DNA of 64,000 nt from Waterburya sp. (GTDB lineage: Bacteria > Cyanobacteriota > Cyanobacteriia > Cyanobacteriales > Xenococcaceae). The notes beneath the pieces are model-generated. The model ran no database searches and was not told the origin of the DNA. It saw only the letters and a list, made by a program, of their open reading frames with translations. Location of the stretch: contig CBDCJV010000002.1 in NCBI GenBank assembly GCA_965217895.1, positions 4,480,001 through 4,544,000 on the forward strand. Direction: 5' to 3'. How positions within the stretch are numbered: the first letter of the stretch is position 1; every line of letters starts with the position of its first letter. Shown in pieces: positions 62,201-64,000 of this stretch. Made by a program: the position numbers and the translations under genes.

Positions 62201-64000
62201 ATCAGCTTCTCGAACGCAGTCGAGTTGGATTTACTCCCGATAGGGCAGAACAGCCTGCTGATGGCAAGAATCCCCATAACAGAACCGATACTTGGTATGG
62301 CGGTACGGTTAATGTCAGTTGGGATAGAGATAATAATCCCTTTAACGCACCGATACACCGCCGAAAAGGAGACTTTAGTGATACTGAACTCAACCCCGAC
62401 CCCAATTATCTCTATCCTTGGTATACGCCTACTCATATTCCCAATCTAGAAGTGGGAGATGAAAAAGCGCAGTGGGAAGGAATTGGTACGGGTTGGTACT
62501 ATTCTCCTCAAGGTGGTGGTTATAACAGACGTGCTTTGACTTTGGATTCTCCACAGTCGGTTACAGCCTCTGATAATTCTCCACGTACTCCATTAGGGTA
62601 TGACAATACAATAGAAGCTAGACAACGTGGTGATTTTGCCGTTCCTACTTTGTTTGATGGGAATTTTGACGCGATTTATGCCAAAAATCCTGCTCAACCT
62701 ATTCCTGGTTGGACTAATGATGGTTCTGAAAAGAATTTGCAAAAGTACCTGAAATCTGGAGTGGCTGACAATCAGAGTTATGCTTTGGAGTTGGGTAACG
62801 GTTTAGATGAGATTACTCATAATCCTTTTGTTGTTCCTGATTGGGGTACTTTACGTTTCGATATTCATACTGGAGACGTACCAGCAACTTCAACTGATAG
62901 GTTACAGGTTACTATACAAGCAACGGATGGTAGTGAAGTTTCAACTCAAATTGAGCTTCAAGAGGCTGGAGGCACAGCAGGTCAATATTTGAATGATACA
63001 CGTCGAATTAGCTATGGAGAAACTGGTTTTGAAACCTTTACTTTAGATGTACCAGATGAATTACGGGGTAAAGTTGCAACTCTAAAATTTGAGCTTACAG
63101 GTGGTCAAGAGGTTTATTTAGACAATGTTTTCTTTAAGAGTCAACATTTATTGTTTGGTAATCCATCGGAAGCTAGAAAACCAGATAATCCAGAATTAAA
63201 TAAAAACAATTATCTACTAGAAAAACCTCAATATGCTGTTTCATATAATGACAGTACTAAACAGCCAAATTTAGTAAGTTGGCAAGTAAATCAGGATTGG
63301 GTAGGAACAGGCAGAGATGCTGATTGGGGACAAGATGAAACTCTACCTGATGACTGGTATAAAGTTACGGATAGTGATTACAAAGCAACAAACTTAAATA
63401 ATCTTTTTGATGATTTTGATTTATTTGGGAATCCCCTATTTGAGGCTCCAGGAACTCCTCAATTAGTATCTTATAATCGAGGACATTTAACTCCTAATCG
63501 GGCTCGAAATCGCAATCGTAAAGATTCGCAATCGACTTTCTTATTTAGTAATGCTTTGCCCCAACATCCTAATGCAAATCAAGGTGGTTCTCCTTGGTTT
63601 AATCTTGAAGAAGATTTAAGAGATATTTATGTTGATAGAAATAACGATGAACTTTATATTACCGCAGGTTCATTAGGAACAAAAACTCAGCCAGTAGAAG
63701 GTGGAATACCTGGAGAAACCGAACCCGTCCAAATTCCGTTACCAAATGATAACATTAGCACTCCAAATGAAAAATTTATCAATGTACCTCAATACATTTG
63801 GCAATTCGTTTTAGTTTTAGACCAACCAGGATACGGTTTAGAAGATGTAATTGATGGAACAACAACAGCAGAAGCCATTGCTGTAATGATGCCTAACTAT
63901 AAATATAGTGATGCGATGACTACTCAACCCATCACTTTACCTACTGGCAAAGTAGTTAATATTAACTCTTTCGATGATTGGAAAAATTGGGAAACATGGC
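59203..64000 (+). CDS. 5'-truncated giant extracellular protein: Ig-like (Big_2), beta-propeller, hydrolase-like region, NucA-type DNA/RNA non-specific endonuclease; runs off the right edge
   Basis: Frame-1 reading frame appears open from 59164 to the end (~1600 codons; spot-checked and consistent with the ORF track): WSSESEAVATVSDRGVVTG; YAYVGDY...LAVSSNGKKLF; HLLFGNPS...QYAVSYN...YNRGHLTP...FSNALPQ. Confidence 0.85.

Noticed and set aside
59302..62992. Short ORFs listed in the track in this region
   Set aside because: Alternative-frame or antisense shadows of the giant frame-1 ORF

Overview
AT-rich cyanobacterial DNA, indicated by frequent HIP1 GCGATCGC octamers, REP/SDR-type hairpins and an NtcA promoter. 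The window has three blocks. (1) 1-28265 is a type V-K CRISPR-associated transposon (CAST) on the minus strand: TGTACA left end with TnsB sites at 28265, tnsB-tnsC-tniQ, and cas12k running off the left edge. Its ~24 kb cargo is a complete type I-D CRISPR-Cas locus (WYL regulator, cas3, cas10d/cas11d, cas7, cas5, cas6, cas4, cas1, cas2, and two arrays with different repeats but a shared leader), yefM-yoeB, a small two-gene module embedded inside one array, and a Hen1-Pnkp RNA-repair cluster. (2) ~28.3-44.7 kb is a decaying integrase-bearing element: tyrosine integrase, a broken primase/helicase, phage/plasmid-like small genes, IS982, IS1, IS5 and a group II intron, with many tiny hairpin insertions. 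(3) 44.7-64 kb is host-like: an amino-acid transport cluster with an NtcA-type promoter, a Na+/H+ antiporter, pstCAB, phosphoketolase, and a truncated glgP abruptly joined to the 5'-less body of a giant Ig/propeller/NucA-nuclease protein. Family assignments come from reading motifs by eye; no database search was run.
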